From sequence record NZ_CP145111.1: a stretch of DNA of 64,000 bases; one strand, given 5' to 3'. Within the stretch, counting starts at the first letter, position 1. Each line of letters opens with the position of its first letter. Made by a program: the position numbers and the translations under genes. Under the pieces are notes generated by a model. The model was not told the origin of the DNA, did no database searches, and saw nothing but the letters and a program-made list of their open reading frames with translations. This stretch comes from a plasmid. This document shows, in pieces, positions 46,119 through 57,942 of the stretch.

Positions 46119-47324
46119 ATGAGTGATTTGGATCAGACAAACAGCTATCGATACGTCATTGTTGGTGGCGGAGTGGTTGCTGGCTATGCCATCAAGGGAA
46201 TTCGACAGGAAGATTCAGAGGGTGAGATCTTAATTATTTCGCAAGAGGCGGATGTCCCATATGAACGACCGGCACTGAGTAAAAAACTATGGCTAGATGA
46301 TGAATTTACTGAAGAGAACATTCAGATTGGTGCTGAAAATTATCCCAATGTGACTTTTAAGTTCAAGACAACGGTTACGGCTATTAATCGGCAAGATAAG
46401 GTCATTACATTGGCCGATAGTGAGCAAATCAAGTATGAACAGCTATTGCTAGCAACTGGCGGAGAACCTAGACAAATCCAGGGACCTTCTGATCCACATG
46501 TGCTAGTCTTTAGACAGTGGTCAGATTATCGCAAGTTACGTAAATTTAGTGGTCCGAACAAGCGAGTTGTGATCATTGGTGGTGGATATGTTGGTACAGA
46601 GCTCGCATCGTCACTGACCCAAAATGAGACTGAAGTTACGATGATTTTTCCAGAAAAAGCGCTGGGTGAGGGTAAATTTCCTGAGTCTATTCGGACTGAG
46701 TATGAAGCCACGTTCAAACGCAATGGTGTCACACTGATGAGTGGTCAGTTTGTCCAATCATATCAACGCCAAGGTGACCACTTGACTCTATTGACAAAGG
46801 ATGGTACGGTGATCGCAGCCGATACGATCATTGTTGGGTTAGGCGTTACGCCGCGGATTAGTTTAGCTGAAGACAGTTGTTTGGATTTAGCTGATGGTGG
46901 TGTGAAAGTTAATGAGTATCTCAATACTAGTGACCCAGCCATCTGGTCTGCTGGAGATATTGCCTCTTATCCAGATCACATCTTGGGTCGGCAACGGATT
47001 GAGCACGTGGACCATGCCCGACTTTCTGGTGAATTAGTTGGCCGTAATATGGCAGGTGCTCACATGAGCTATCAGCATACCCCATACTTCTATTCCATGA
47101 TTTTTGATATTTCCTGGCAAGCAATCGGTAATATTGATCCTAAATTGCAATTGATTTTTGATCGGCGAACGCATGGATCGCTTGTCTATTTCATAGATAC
47201 CGATAAGTTAGTTGGTGTTTTAGTTTGGAATGTTAAGGTGAATCTTGATGATGTTCGCGCATTGCTTGCGAACGCTCCAGCTACAGATGATCTGGTGGGC
47301 TCCATTCGAGAGAAGAAGGCTTAG
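46119..47324 (+). CDS. FAD-dependent pyridine nucleotide-disulfide oxidoreductase
   Basis: Two Rossmann GXGXXG motifs: VIVGGGVVAGYA and VVIIGGGYVGTE. Confidence 0.75.
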   Translation: MSDLDQTNSYRYVIVGGGVVAGYAIKGIRQEDSEGEILIISQEADVPYERPALSKKLWLDDEFTEENIQIGAENYPNVTFKFKTTVTAINRQDKVITLADSEQIKYEQLLLATGGEPRQIQGPSDPHVLVFRQWSDYRKLRKFSGPNKRVVIIGGGYVGTELASSLTQNETEVTMIFPEKALGEGKFPESIRTEYEATFKRNGVTLMSGQFVQSYQRQGDHLTLLTKDGTVIAADTIIVGLGVTPRISLAEDSCLDLADGGVKVNEYLNTSDPAIWSAGDIASYPDHILGRQRIEHVDHARLSGELVGRNMAGAHMSYQHTPYFYSMIFDISWQAIGNIDPKLQLIFDRRTHGSLVYFIDTDKLVGVLVWNVKVNLDDVRALLANAPATDDLVGSIREKKA

Positions 47325-47483
47325 TATCTGGATGAGATATCGGTGAATCATTGCGTCATCACGAATGTACTTTAGAACAAAATGGCCATCATTAACGATG
47401 GCTCAGTAGCAAATAAAAACTAGCCTTGAGTCATTTTAAAGTGCATGAAGTGCAACACAAAAGTTAGACAAAAGTAAATATTA

Positions 47484-48390
47484 TTATGCCGCTAAGGTAT
47501 GTTCTCGATATTCACACGGGGACATACCCTTTGTTTTTGATGAGATTCGTCGGTAATTGAACCAATTAACATATTCTAAAGAAACTGCTTTTAATTCGGC
47601 TAAGCCTTTACACGGTGGGAATCCAGCCAAACATTCGGTCTTATAAAGGTGAAAAAAGCTTTCAATCGGGGCATTATCATGACAATTTCCCTTGCGGGAC
47701 ATACTTTGGATAAATTCATGTTCAGATAATTTTTTTGTATAGGAATCTAGTTGGTAATGCCATCCTTGATCGGAATGAGTGATGGGTTGAACATTACTTG
47801 GTAACTTATTGATTAATTCATCAACGGTCTTGGTTATTAGAATGCAATTGGGACTATTACTGATTTGAAATGCTAAAATTTCCTTGCTGGCCTCGTCGGT
47901 AATAGCTGAGATATAAGCCCATCGTGGTTCGCTAAGCGAATTTGCGTAATATCTGTATGGAGTACTATATAAGGCTTAGCCTGTTTAAAGTCTTGTTCCA
48001 AGAGATTTTCGGCGATCTTACCGACGGTACCCTTATAAGAGGAATATTTACTACTGTTCTTGTTCCGGTTATAAAGACTCACTTGTACGCCCAATTCATC
48101 CATTAGTCGGCGTACAACCGCATCTGCGATATGAACATCAAGCTTAATTAGTTCATCTTGAACCCACCGGTAACCGTAGGTTAACCGACCACGATACTTA
48201 CCATTTTTAGCATATTTATCATTATGATTTTTGATCCTTTTACGTTCATCATGATGCGTGGCCTTCTTAAGCGCAATGGCACTAAGTATATCGCCAATTC
48301 TATAACGTTGTTTCTTGGGTAACTTGACTTGATCCGCCCTGATCTGATCAACTATTTCTTTTTTTGATGCCCTTTGAAGGTCCGAACAGG
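47484..48390 (-). pseudogene. IS3-family transposase orfB, disrupted
   Basis: Fragments YKGTVGKIAENLL...HTDITQ and NCHDNAPIESFF... lie in different frames with intervening stops. Confidence 0.6.
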
Positions 48391-48391
48391 G

Positions 48392-48883
48392 TCATTGATT
48401 TTTTAGGATGTCATTCTCCAACTTTGTGTCATAGAATTCCTGATTCTTTTGAGCGATCTCGCTTCGTAAACGCTCGATTTCACTCTGTTTTTCTAATTGA
48501 CGAATCTGTTTTTTAGAACGTTTCGTTTTGGTTGACCTACCTTTGGGATGAGGCTCTAAGCTAGAATAGCCGTCTCGAATAAGCGTTTTTCGCCAAACAC
48601 TAATCTGACAGGCTAAAACGTTGTATTTTCCGGCAACCTCGGCTAAAGACTCATCATGAGTTTGGTAGTAGTTTATCACATACCATTTAAATTCTGCCGA
48701 GAACTTACGCCGAGTTTTGTACCGCTTAAGTGTTTCAATGCCGTTCAGATGATATTGTTGAAGCCATCGATTAACTTGTCGCTTGGGTAATTGATGATTT
48801 CTTGCTAGTTCCGCTCCGGAAGTACCGTCGCTGAGATGTTCATTTATAATTTGAGCTTTTAAAACAGAACTATATTTAACCAT
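48392..48883 (-). CDS. IS3-family transposase OrfA (HTH + leucine zipper)
   Basis: 163 aa with the typical OrfA N-terminal HTH. Confidence 0.75.
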   Translation of the reverse strand: MVKYSSVLKAQIINEHLSDGTSGAELARNHQLPKRQVNRWLQQYHLNGIETLKRYKTRRKFSAEFKWYVINYYQTHDESLAEVAGKYNVLACQISVWRKTLIRDGYSSLEPHPKGRSTKTKRSKKQIRQLEKQSEIERLRSEIAQKNQEFYDTKLENDILKNQ

Positions 48884-49498
48884 GAAAAAAGTACCTCACA
48901 ATCGTTAGACTTCTTTGTCTAACAATTATGAAGCACTTCACTAAAGGGCATTTTTAACTCTGCACAAATTGATGAAGGTAGTATCTGAGGTGATTGGTAC
49001 AAGCAATATAATAACACGGATTAAGGCATAAGAAAAGCCCCTACAAGACCAAGAGTAAGGGCCAACGAATCATACATGAAAGGGCATTTTCATGCACTTA
49101 AATATTAACACTTTTTTACGTAATAAAAAAGCACTCTAGAAAGGAACTAGCGAGCTTTTTTAAGGCAAAGATTTTCTGGAATAAAATCTAAGCAAGAGGT
49201 AGATTAACTCTGGGACACTCAGAGTATAACACTTCTTCAGAACAAGAAAAGCCCCCTACCAGACTGATAGCAAGTACTCACAAAACGTAAATGAAAGAGC
49301 ATCCTCATGCAAACAATATGATATCACAGATGAAAGTAATAAAAAAGCCCTTACCCATGGGGGATAGGGACTCCTTCAATCAAGGGTCTAAAATTTTTGG
49401 GATTGATACCGTAAGGTATCAATCTTTTTTTGCATATAAATAGGGCATCGCCCTACTATTGAATTAGCCAATAATTCAGATAGAAAGAAGTAAAAACG

Positions 49499-50755
49499 AT
49501 GTCCCAAGACAAGCTTATCTTAAATTTAGTTGGTTTAAAAGACCCCCACATTCACTTCGAGGCTGATGTTAAAACCCAAACCGGGCTATATCACGGTCAT
49601 CCGGCAATATTTATCAATGCTAAATTGCTTAAAAAGATTTCACGGTGTCCAAATTGCGGGTTTGCTGATTGCCTTGTAAAAGACGGTCATAAGACCGTTA
49701 ATTTAAAATTATCCCCACAGAGATTCCACTTATTAATTCTCCGGTTAGCTAAGCAACGGTTTCTTTGTAAACACTGTGGTTCAATCCTTACTTCGCAAAC
49801 GGATGCTGTTAAGCCTAACTGCCAAATTTCCAAGAACGTTTGGCAATCAGTGGTGATGGACTTTCATGATAATATGGCAGCAACACTGATTGCTAAACAA
49901 AACGGGGTTTCTGCCAGTACCGTCAATCGAGCATATCCGCAAGCAGCGCAAATGATCAGTAATCGGTTTGTTCGCTTACCGAAACATCTCAGTTTTGATG
50001 AGTTTACCTCTTCGCACCAAAATCGGCGCATGCGGTTTATCTTTCAAGATGCCGATCATCACAATCAAGTTGTTATTCTGTATGGCCGCCGTAAGGCGTT
50101 CCTCAGGAGCTACTTCATGCAGTACTCACACAAAGAACGAGCTCGCGTTAAAACCATTTCTGTCGATCTAAACGCTGGCTACGTTCACCTAATCCCAGAG
50201 CTTTTCCCTAAAGCCAAAATTATAATTGACCGCTTCCACATCATTCAAATGACTCAAAGGTCACTAAATGAGGTACGTTTGTCAGTCGCGAAAAAGCAAC
50301 CTCATTCCTCGCGTGAATATCGGATGATTAAGAAATATTGGCGTTTATTCGACAAGCCCTTTGATAAGCTGGAAGCTAAACGACTCTATTATCGGACACC
50401 GTTAAAACGAGAGATGACTAGTCAACGAATTGTGACAGATGCCGTTGCCCTTAGCCCTAAATTTACCAGTGTTTACTTGGTTTATCAGGATATTTTAACG
50501 GCTGTTCAAAGACATGACCAGGATTTACTTGCCAAGACGATCTGTGACTATCGAAAACTCAATTGTTCAATGGATACCACTATTCGTAGCCTAAAACAAA
50601 ACTTAAAAGCAGTTACCAATTCCTTGAAATATGCTTACTCCAATGGACCTCTTGAAGGAGTTAACCGCAAAATTAAAGCTATTGGTAGAACTGCTTACGG
50701 TTATCGGAATTTTAACCATTATCGAACTAGGATTCAAATGGAATTATTTGCTTAA
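49499..50755 (+). CDS. ISL3-family transposase
   Basis: 418 aa. N-terminal zinc-finger CPNCGF...CKHCG. ISL3-like C-terminus GYRNFNHY. Confidence 0.8.
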   Translation: MSQDKLILNLVGLKDPHIHFEADVKTQTGLYHGHPAIFINAKLLKKISRCPNCGFADCLVKDGHKTVNLKLSPQRFHLLILRLAKQRFLCKHCGSILTSQTDAVKPNCQISKNVWQSVVMDFHDNMAATLIAKQNGVSASTVNRAYPQAAQMISNRFVRLPKHLSFDEFTSSHQNRRMRFIFQDADHHNQVVILYGRRKAFLRSYFMQYSHKERARVKTISVDLNAGYVHLIPELFPKAKIIIDRFHIIQMTQRSLNEVRLSVAKKQPHSSREYRMIKKYWRLFDKPFDKLEAKRLYYRTPLKREMTSQRIVTDAVALSPKFTSVYLVYQDILTAVQRHDQDLLAKTICDYRKLNCSMDTTIRSLKQNLKAVTNSLKYAYSNGPLEGVNRKIKAIGRTAYGYRNFNHYRTRIQMELFA

Positions 50756-51163
50756 TTCAATTAATGCAAAAGAAAAAGCAAATCCTTTCGGATTTGCTAT
50801 ATAAGCTGATATCAACCTCAGTTGACAAAGAGCCTCAATCAATCAACACACATGCACGTACACAGAGATACCTCTCCATGCACTTATATACTACCACCAA
50901 CTAGTACAGGATTGCAATAATCCATAACCCAATCCAGTCAATGGCACATACAGCACCAATGAATCCCCAGTTGAGAAAAGTGGATACCAGAAATATCCAA
51001 AAGCAGGATTTCCGTAGCGTTTTCAAGTCGGCATAACTAAGTTGTGACTTACATTCCTCTTTTCTACGTTTGGATCTCTGTACCCGATTTTCATGATGAT
51101 ACCATCTGGACATTGACGCAATCTTAAAAATATCTCGAAATATTTCTATTACTTTCTTCTTAT

Positions 51164-51734
51164 GGTTCTGGTGCAAAATTATAAATGGGCTCACATGAAT
51201 TGATCGTTCTGGGCTATAGGCAGTTTACGCTGCCAGCATTTGTTTTAATTCATTGATCACTGAAAAACCAAGGAGACTTCCGTTTCTTCGGTTTTCTTTC
51301 CTCATTGCGTGAATAACTTCAACTCCAGCCAGGGTACTTGCTGCCGTGCGTATGTTTTGAAATCCTGCTGACTGACGATGTCTTTTGATAAATCGATGAT
51401 CTTGTTCAATTAAATTGTTGCGCTATTTGGAACATTGATGGGCCTTTAGGTCCATCAAACCGTCTTTAGCCACAGGTTTAATTGCTCTGAGCGTTGCGCC
51501 ATAGTGGTGAACTCAGCGCATGATCGTTGTATGGTTTACCGAAACACCCCGATCATCCATAATTTCAACGATATCACGATAGCTTAAATTAAATCTAAAA
51601 TAATAGCCAACGGCTAATGTGATGATATCTCGATTAAAATGACGACCTTTAAACCCAATTCATGTCATCAACTCTCAAGAAATTTCTTTCATTCTACCAA
51701 ATTATGGGTGCTACTAAAGCTTTGCACCAGAACC
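51164..51734 (-). pseudogene. IS6-family (IS1216/ISS1-like) element remnant with internally deleted transposase
   Basis: Inverted repeats GGTTCTGGTGCAAA at 51164-51179 and 51719-51734. Minus-strand MTWIGFKGRHFNRDIITLAVGYYF...HTTIMR(stop)V, then C-terminal DHRFIKRH...AASTLAGVEVIHA. Confidence 0.6.
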
Positions 51735-51933
51735 GTTTCTTGTTGGTGGACGATCTAGATTGTTAAAATAGTAAATTTCTTTCTCAACAAATTTCATTAG
51801 TTCCTAAAAGGAGTATTTTTAGTTGAATTTGATTGACTTATTTTTAGAATGATTCTAAACTATATTTGGACCTTTTTTGTAAGTAGATTCATCTTATTAT
51901 TTGTCACCCATCTATTAGGAGGCTATATTTTTT

Positions 51934-53310
51934 ATGTCGAAGACAAAAGTTATTGTTGTTGGTGCCTCGCACGGCGGCCATCAGTCGGTTTTGGAACTTA
52001 CTCACAAATACTCAAACCTAGATATTAAACTATTCGAAGCGGGAGATTTTATTTCTTTTATGTCCTGTGGTATGGAATTATATTTAGAAAACAGTGTAAC
52101 GAGTATTAATGATGTCCGTAATTTTAAACCTGCAGATCTCGAAAAATTTGGGACAGAAGTATATGCCAATCATGAAGTGACCAAAATAAATCCAGAAAAT
52201 AAGCAAGTTACCGTGAAAGATTTAAGATCCGGTAAGATACAGAGCTATGATTACGATAAATTAATCTTAAGCTCAGGCGTAACTCCAAACGATTTACCCG
52301 TTCCTGGTCATGAGCTAAAAAACGTTTATTCAATGCGCGGCAAGGATTGGGCAGAAAAGATCAAAGCAAAATTATCTGACCCAGATGTTAAAAATATTAC
52401 TGTTATTGGTGCTGGTTACATTGGTGTTGAAGCTGCTGAAGCCAGCATCAAAGCTGGAAAGAATGTTACATTAATCGACATGATTAATCGGCCTCTGGGC
52501 AACTACCTAGATACCGAATTAACAGATATTTTATCAAAAGAATTGACTAGCAAAGGCGTTCAAGTTGTCACTGGCGCTAAGATTGAATGCTATGAAGGGA
52601 CTGAATCGGTTTCTGCTGTTAAGACCAACGATGCAGAATATCCTAGTGACTTGATCATTCAAGCTGTTGGAGTTAAACCTAATACTGATTGGTTAAAGGG
52701 AACGGTTGAACTAGATAAGCGCGGGTGGATTAAAACTGACAAATATTTGAGAACTAATCTGCCTGATGTCTATGCCATAGGTGATGCGGTGTTGGCCTAT
52801 TCAATTCCTGCTCAGAGGAACATGCCGATAGCTTTAGCCACGGTTGCCCGACGTGAAGCCCGTTATGTAGTGGAACACATCTTTGAGAACACACCGTCTA
52901 TGCCATTTTCAGGAGTAGTCGGCTCATCAGCATTAAGTGTTTTCGACTATCACTTTGCCACATCAGGTCTGAATATGACCACAGCCCAAAAGGCCGATAT
53001 TAAGATTAACACATCTTTTTACAAAGACACTTTACGTCCAGCTTATGTCCCTATGGAGAAGGGAAATACAGAGGTCTACGTAGAGCTGGATTACAATCCA
53101 AACACTCATCAACTATTAGGTGGTGCTGTATTGTCAACTTATGATATCACTGCCCAAGGTAATGTTATTTCATTAGCCATCCAACAAGGATTAAAACTGG
53201 AAGATTTAGCCGAAGCTGACTTTTTCTTCCAGCCAGGCTTTGACCGACAGTGGAGCCTATTGAACTTAGCAGCCCAACGTGCTCTTGGTGAACTTGAGTT
53301 TACAAAATAG
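51934..53310 (+). CDS. NADH oxidase / NADH peroxidase family flavoprotein (Cys-sulfenic acid type)
   Basis: VIVVGASHGG FAD motif. Redox Cys in SFMSCGM. Second Rossmann VIGAGYIGVE. Confidence 0.8.
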   Translation: MSKTKVIVVGASHGGHQSVLELTHKYSNLDIKLFEAGDFISFMSCGMELYLENSVTSINDVRNFKPADLEKFGTEVYANHEVTKINPENKQVTVKDLRSGKIQSYDYDKLILSSGVTPNDLPVPGHELKNVYSMRGKDWAEKIKAKLSDPDVKNITVIGAGYIGVEAAEASIKAGKNVTLIDMINRPLGNYLDTELTDILSKELTSKGVQVVTGAKIECYEGTESVSAVKTNDAEYPSDLIIQAVGVKPNTDWLKGTVELDKRGWIKTDKYLRTNLPDVYAIGDAVLAYSIPAQRNMPIALATVARREARYVVEHIFENTPSMPFSGVVGSSALSVFDYHFATSGLNMTTAQKADIKINTSFYKDTLRPAYVPMEKGNTEVYVELDYNPNTHQLLGGAVLSTYDITAQGNVISLAIQQGLKLEDLAEADFFFQPGFDRQWSLLNLAAQRALGELEFTK

Positions 53311-53510
53311 AAATTGTAACGACCACTTATAACTTGCTGTTTAGGATCACGAATAAATCAAAAAGAGGCTGTGACATAAGTCTCCACAAATAAGACGGTC
53401 TAGTGAGAATCTTCGGATTCTCACTAGACCGCCTTTTGATATAATGGAAAATAAAAAAGGCATCGGTCACACCCGATACCCACAGATTATCCCCGAAAGG
53501 ACATCTAAAT

Positions 53511-55234
53511 ATGCAAGACTATTATAACATGAATCAAACCACTTTGAGTATCACTTTAGACTATCTTCCTGAAGAAAACCATCCGGCAAGATACATCAAT
53601 CAACTCGTGGAAAGCTTAAAACTGACCTATACATACCAGTTTGGCCGGCCCCGGGAATACGATCTAGGAGCTCTACTAAAATTGGTTCTTTTGGCATACA
53701 GTTATGGTATTTTTAGCAGTCGTCAGATTGAAAGATTCGCGCGTGAAAATAAGCCAGCCGGATGGCTGGTCAGCAACCAAGTTCCTTCGTATCGAACCAT
53801 TTGTCGTTTTAGAATTTCCGATGAACTTGCGAAATTGACCGAAGCAGGGTTAACGCAACTGACCACTTTTCTTCGTCAAAATAAGCTGATTGATGACGTC
53901 TCATTCATTGATGGTACTAAGATTCTAGCCGATGCGAACAAGTATAGCTTCGTTTGGAAAAAGAATACAATTCGGTTCGATGAAATGAACCGTGAAAAGC
54001 TGGTTGAACTGTTAGGTGAGCTACATGAGGCAAAAATCATCGGTGAAGTTCCGGCTGGGTCGAACTTAACACCAGAGCTTTTGGATATGATGATCAGTAA
54101 GGTTGAAGACCATTTAGTGGTTTTAGAGCAGAAAATGGCGGAGACCGAAAAGGTCTCGCCAAATCCAGCAAAACAAAAACGTCGCACGTTCCGAGCAAAG
54201 AAACGGAAACTAGTTGAACGACGGGATAAGATGCGGGAGCATCAAGACCAACAGTCAATCTATGGGCAACGAAACAGCTATTCCAAGACCGATCATGACG
54301 CCACCTTTATGCGGGTCAAGGAAGATCCGATGCAAAATGGTCAATTGAAACCAGCGTACAATCTTCAAATTGCCACAAGCGGTCAGTTCATCACGGGTTA
54401 CCAACTCTTTCAAAACCCAACAGATACCCGCACACTACAGCCATTCATCAAACATTTACAGCAACACAGAACGTTAGGCACTACTATCGTGGCAGATGCT
54501 GGGTACGGCTCGGAAAGTAACTACCGTTTTCTAGAAGACAGCTTGCCTGAACATACGGCCCTAATACCTTATGGGACAATGATCAAAGAAAATAGTCGGA
54601 AGTGGAAAAGCGATGACCGCAAGGTCATGACCTGGGACTACTATGAAGCCGATGATTACTATATTGATAGTAAAGGCGTACGGCTCAACTTTAATGCGTA
54701 TCGGAAAGGACTGATAAGTAGGGATTTATACGTGATTTTAAAGAGTACGTCGCCGAAAAACTAGATGAGAATCAGAATGTGATTTCCGAAGCCCTCACGC
54801 CAAAAGGAAACCCACGAAGAATCCAAGTTAACAGCGCTTGGGAATACTTTAAAGCCAAGCAACGCGACCTTCTATCAACATCCCAAGCAGCGGCCATCTA
54901 CGCCCAACGAAAAATAGACGTGGATCCAATTTTTAGGAAAATGAAGGCCTCTTTAAGGTTCCATCGATTCTCGGTTCGTGGCCTAGACAGGGTCCGTAAG
55001 GAAGCCGGGATCGTGATTATGGCCTTGAATATCCGGAAACTGGTTACACTGGTAGCCAACTCCAAGAGCAAAAGAATAGGACGAGAAACCAAAGATCGTT
55101 TTCTCGTCCTATTCCATTATAAAGAGACTAGTTATGTCACAGCCTCTTTTTTGATTTGCTTTCATGTCAAACTCACAAATCTTTTAACTGATAAATATAT
55201 AATCATATATATCAAATACAAATATAAATTTTGA
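53511..55234 (+). pseudogene. IS1182-family transposase split by a frameshift (53511-54764 and 54779-55234)
   Basis: N-terminal DUF772-like region. DDE region IVADAGYGSESNY. The C-terminal part continues in another frame. Confidence 0.6.
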
Positions 55235-55918
55235 AAAAAGGTAGATTGCAAATTTAATCTGAATTTTTTGCCAAATTATCCAGCAAGACTTGATACGGTG
55301 TTTGCCAATTTAAAACTTTAAACAGTCGTTAATTAATTTCCAGCAATGCTGTACTCAGTTTTGTGCCCACAACGTGCTAATTCATATAAAACTATTGCCG
55401 GTGCCCGATTTAAGTAATTGGCAATGATCACCTGCGGTAACTCTAGATGACAAAGATTTCAATTTTTACGCGCTTCAACTAGGTTATACTAGATAAAAGT
55501 TCAGCTCCTTAAAATGGGGTTGTGATAAACACTATCTTAAGGGAGGATGGTCTTTTTTGATTCGAACTTCGTTCGGATTAATTTACAATCTACCACTAAC
55601 TTAAAATATTCAGATATAGCAAAACGGGGGAAAATACCATAACTCATTCAAGCAAACCATTTGTTAATGTGAATAACGAAATTAGTATTCGCTGTTAACT
55701 CACTTTTTAGTCTGATTAAGTTCACAATAACTAACCTAAAGATTGATAACGACAGGCAATAACTCATAATAAGGATATGAAACTCCGCTTAGATCAAACA
55801 ATTTCCAAGGCTCACCTTTCTAACTGTCTATCCCCTGAGGGGTAGATATCTGTTCATCATATTATAATATCCCCGTCAAAAATAATGAACGTGTACTCAG
55901 AATACGCCTATTTAACAG

Positions 55919-56541
55919 CTATACCAACCGATTTTTAATATTAATCACTGTCTGAACCGAGACGCCAGTTTCGGCCGCAATCGCACGATAGCTGATTTTA
56001 GCCCCGGTTGCTTTGGTTCTTAACTGATCAACGATTCGATGATAAATAAACCGTTTTTGTGGGTTAGGTGCGTCTGCAGCGTATGCCGGTCTAGTTCCTC
56101 GATATTTCCCATTAGCCTTAGCAATCTCAATTCCTTGACGCTGACGCTCACGAATTTTCTTCCGCTCCGTCTGGGCCATATAAGCTAGCAGCTTGGTTAG
56201 CATATCGAACATAAATTTGTCCATATCTGAATCGCCAGTTTGCATTGAAAGAAATGGGGCGTCTAAGACTTCCATTCTAACTTGTTTATCTCTAATCTGT
56301 TTGATTATATCACTGGCATCGTCATAGTTTCGACTAAGCCGATCCAATGAGGCCACCACTAATGTATCTCCTTGCCGCACATAAGCAATCGTCGCCTGTA
56401 ATTCTGGTCGGTTCTGGGTCGACTTGCCCGATTGTTTTTCTTCAAATATTTTCTCACATCTGGCCACTTTCAAGGCTTTAATTTGGCGGGCCAAATTTTG
56501 ATCAGTTGAGCTAACCCGTGCATAACCAACTTTCATCAATA
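55919..56541 (-). CDS. serine recombinase (resolvase/invertase)
   Basis: MKVGYARVSSTDQN catalytic N-terminus. C-terminal HTH. RBS GAAAGGAGAG. Confidence 0.85.
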
Positions 56542-56740
56542 ACTCTCCTTTCAGAAGATCAGTCTCCCCCCACTCTACTACATTTTGTTTAGACACTCTA
56601 ATTAGACAGTTTGACAAAAACAAAGAACTGCTTGTTATCCTAAGTAGAATCTAAGCTTTTCTTCATAAGTTGATTATACTGCTTTTCGTCCATTTAGGGT
56701 ATACATCTAAAAGCTGAACGTGTTGTCTGAGAGCGCGTAA

Positions 56741-57070
56741 TTATTTACTTTTTACGCGTACATCACGTTTTTCTAAAGAATCAATTTGAAATTCTAATTC
56801 TTTACGTTCGTCTGAAGTCAAAGATTCAATATAAACAGATAAAGCTACTTCAATAGCTGCCTTTTGATTGTCACTATACCCTAATACAGCCATTGCTTGC
56901 AATTTGTTTCTAATGTGGTTGTTGATTTTTAGGTTTGTGTCAAAAGTAACCGAAGCAACTTGATTTTGTGGGGTTTTAATTCCTTTATTTGAATTTGAAA
57001 AATCCGAAATTTCAGCCTGCTTATCTGGCTTAATTGGGTTGCGGTTAGACCGAATCAATTTATTAGCCAT
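56741..57070 (-). CDS. small ParB/ParG-like partition partner (109 aa)
   Basis: Overlaps the ParA stop. Basic N-terminal tail. Confidence 0.45.
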   Translation of the reverse strand: MANKLIRSNRNPIKPDKQAEISDFSNSNKGIKTPQNQVASVTFDTNLKINNHIRNKLQAMAVLGYSDNQKAAIEVALSVYIESLTSDERKELEFQIDSLEKRDVRVKSK

Positions 57071-57872
57071 TTTCGATTGCCTCCATTCTTTTTAACATCT
57101 CGTCAGTTACGTCTTTGTATACTTTGAACACACGTCTATCAAACTGAGTGTTGAAAGTAATACCGGTTATTCCGTAACGTTTGATCCTCTGCATCGAGTG
57201 GATTTTGTGTTTAAAAATGTTTTCAGTTCCAAACTGATTAATAGCATTTTGAATAGTTGCTTCGTCTACAGGAGCTCCGGCTTGCAATAGAACAGCCAAT
57301 ATACCAACGATTTCTAAACGAGGAGCCTTGTAGGTATCAATAACTTGTTCCTGGATGTACTCTATAAATGCTTGAGCTCCCTCAAAACTATGTTCATGAG
57401 TTTGCATAACAATTACACAATAATCGCTGGCATACAATGCTGAATCGGTGATTAACGAGATAGTAGGTGGCGTATCTATGATGACATAATCATATTTATC
57501 TTTAATTGGTTTGATAAGATTACTGAATTCTTTGACGCGTTCATTATAGTCTTTGATTTTTTCCATATAGCGTGGGAAAAGAGCAAAGTCAGGTGCAGAA
57601 GCTAGGATATCGAAGTTTTCTTTTATATGTATTAAAGACTGAGTTAAATCACCATCTTCAATACTAGCCATGAGAGATTTTTTAAAATGGCCAACTTTTC
57701 CATCAATATTAACTTTAGTATTCAAGAGTAGATTTGTGGCGTTTCCTTGGGGATCCAAATCAACTAGTAGTGTTTTGTAACCACGATTGCTAAGGTCTAG
57801 AGCTACTAATGTTGAATTACTAGTTTTTCCAACTCCGCCTTTAAAATTTCCAAATGTTATGGTTTGTGTCAT
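57063..57872 (-). CDS. parA: ParA-family partition ATPase
   Basis: Deviant Walker A NFKGGVGKTS. The C-terminus ...RMEAIENG resembles that of the 40068-40856 ParA (...RIGEMENG). Confidence 0.85.
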   Translation of the reverse strand: MTQTITFGNFKGGVGKTSNSTLVALDLSNRGYKTLLVDLDPQGNATNLLLNTKVNIDGKVGHFKKSLMASIEDGDLTQSLIHIKENFDILASAPDFALFPRYMEKIKDYNERVKEFSNLIKPIKDKYDYVIIDTPPTISLITDSALYASDYCVIVMQTHEHSFEGAQAFIEYIQEQVIDTYKAPRLEIVGILAVLLQAGAPVDEATIQNAINQFGTENIFKHKIHSMQRIKRYGITGITFNTQFDRRVFKVYKDVTDEMLKRMEAIENG

Positions 57873-57942
57873 GATAACGCCTCCTAACGATTGTTGTTAT
57901 ATTAGCACTATATCGTTTTTGAATCAACACGATATAGTGCTA

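Larger units (their letters stand above)
47446..48940 (-). mobile_element. IS3-family element (IS150-like), degenerate
   Basis: Terminal inverted repeats TGAAGTGC...GTTAGACAAA at 47446 and 48940. orfA intact, orfB fragmented. Confidence 0.65.

Noticed and set aside
55270-55500. Additional IS30-like transposase remnant (minus strand, ...LNWQTPYQVLLDNLAK)
   Set aside because: Only a short frameshifted C-terminal fragment is recognisable. It is too degenerate to annotate confidently as a feature.
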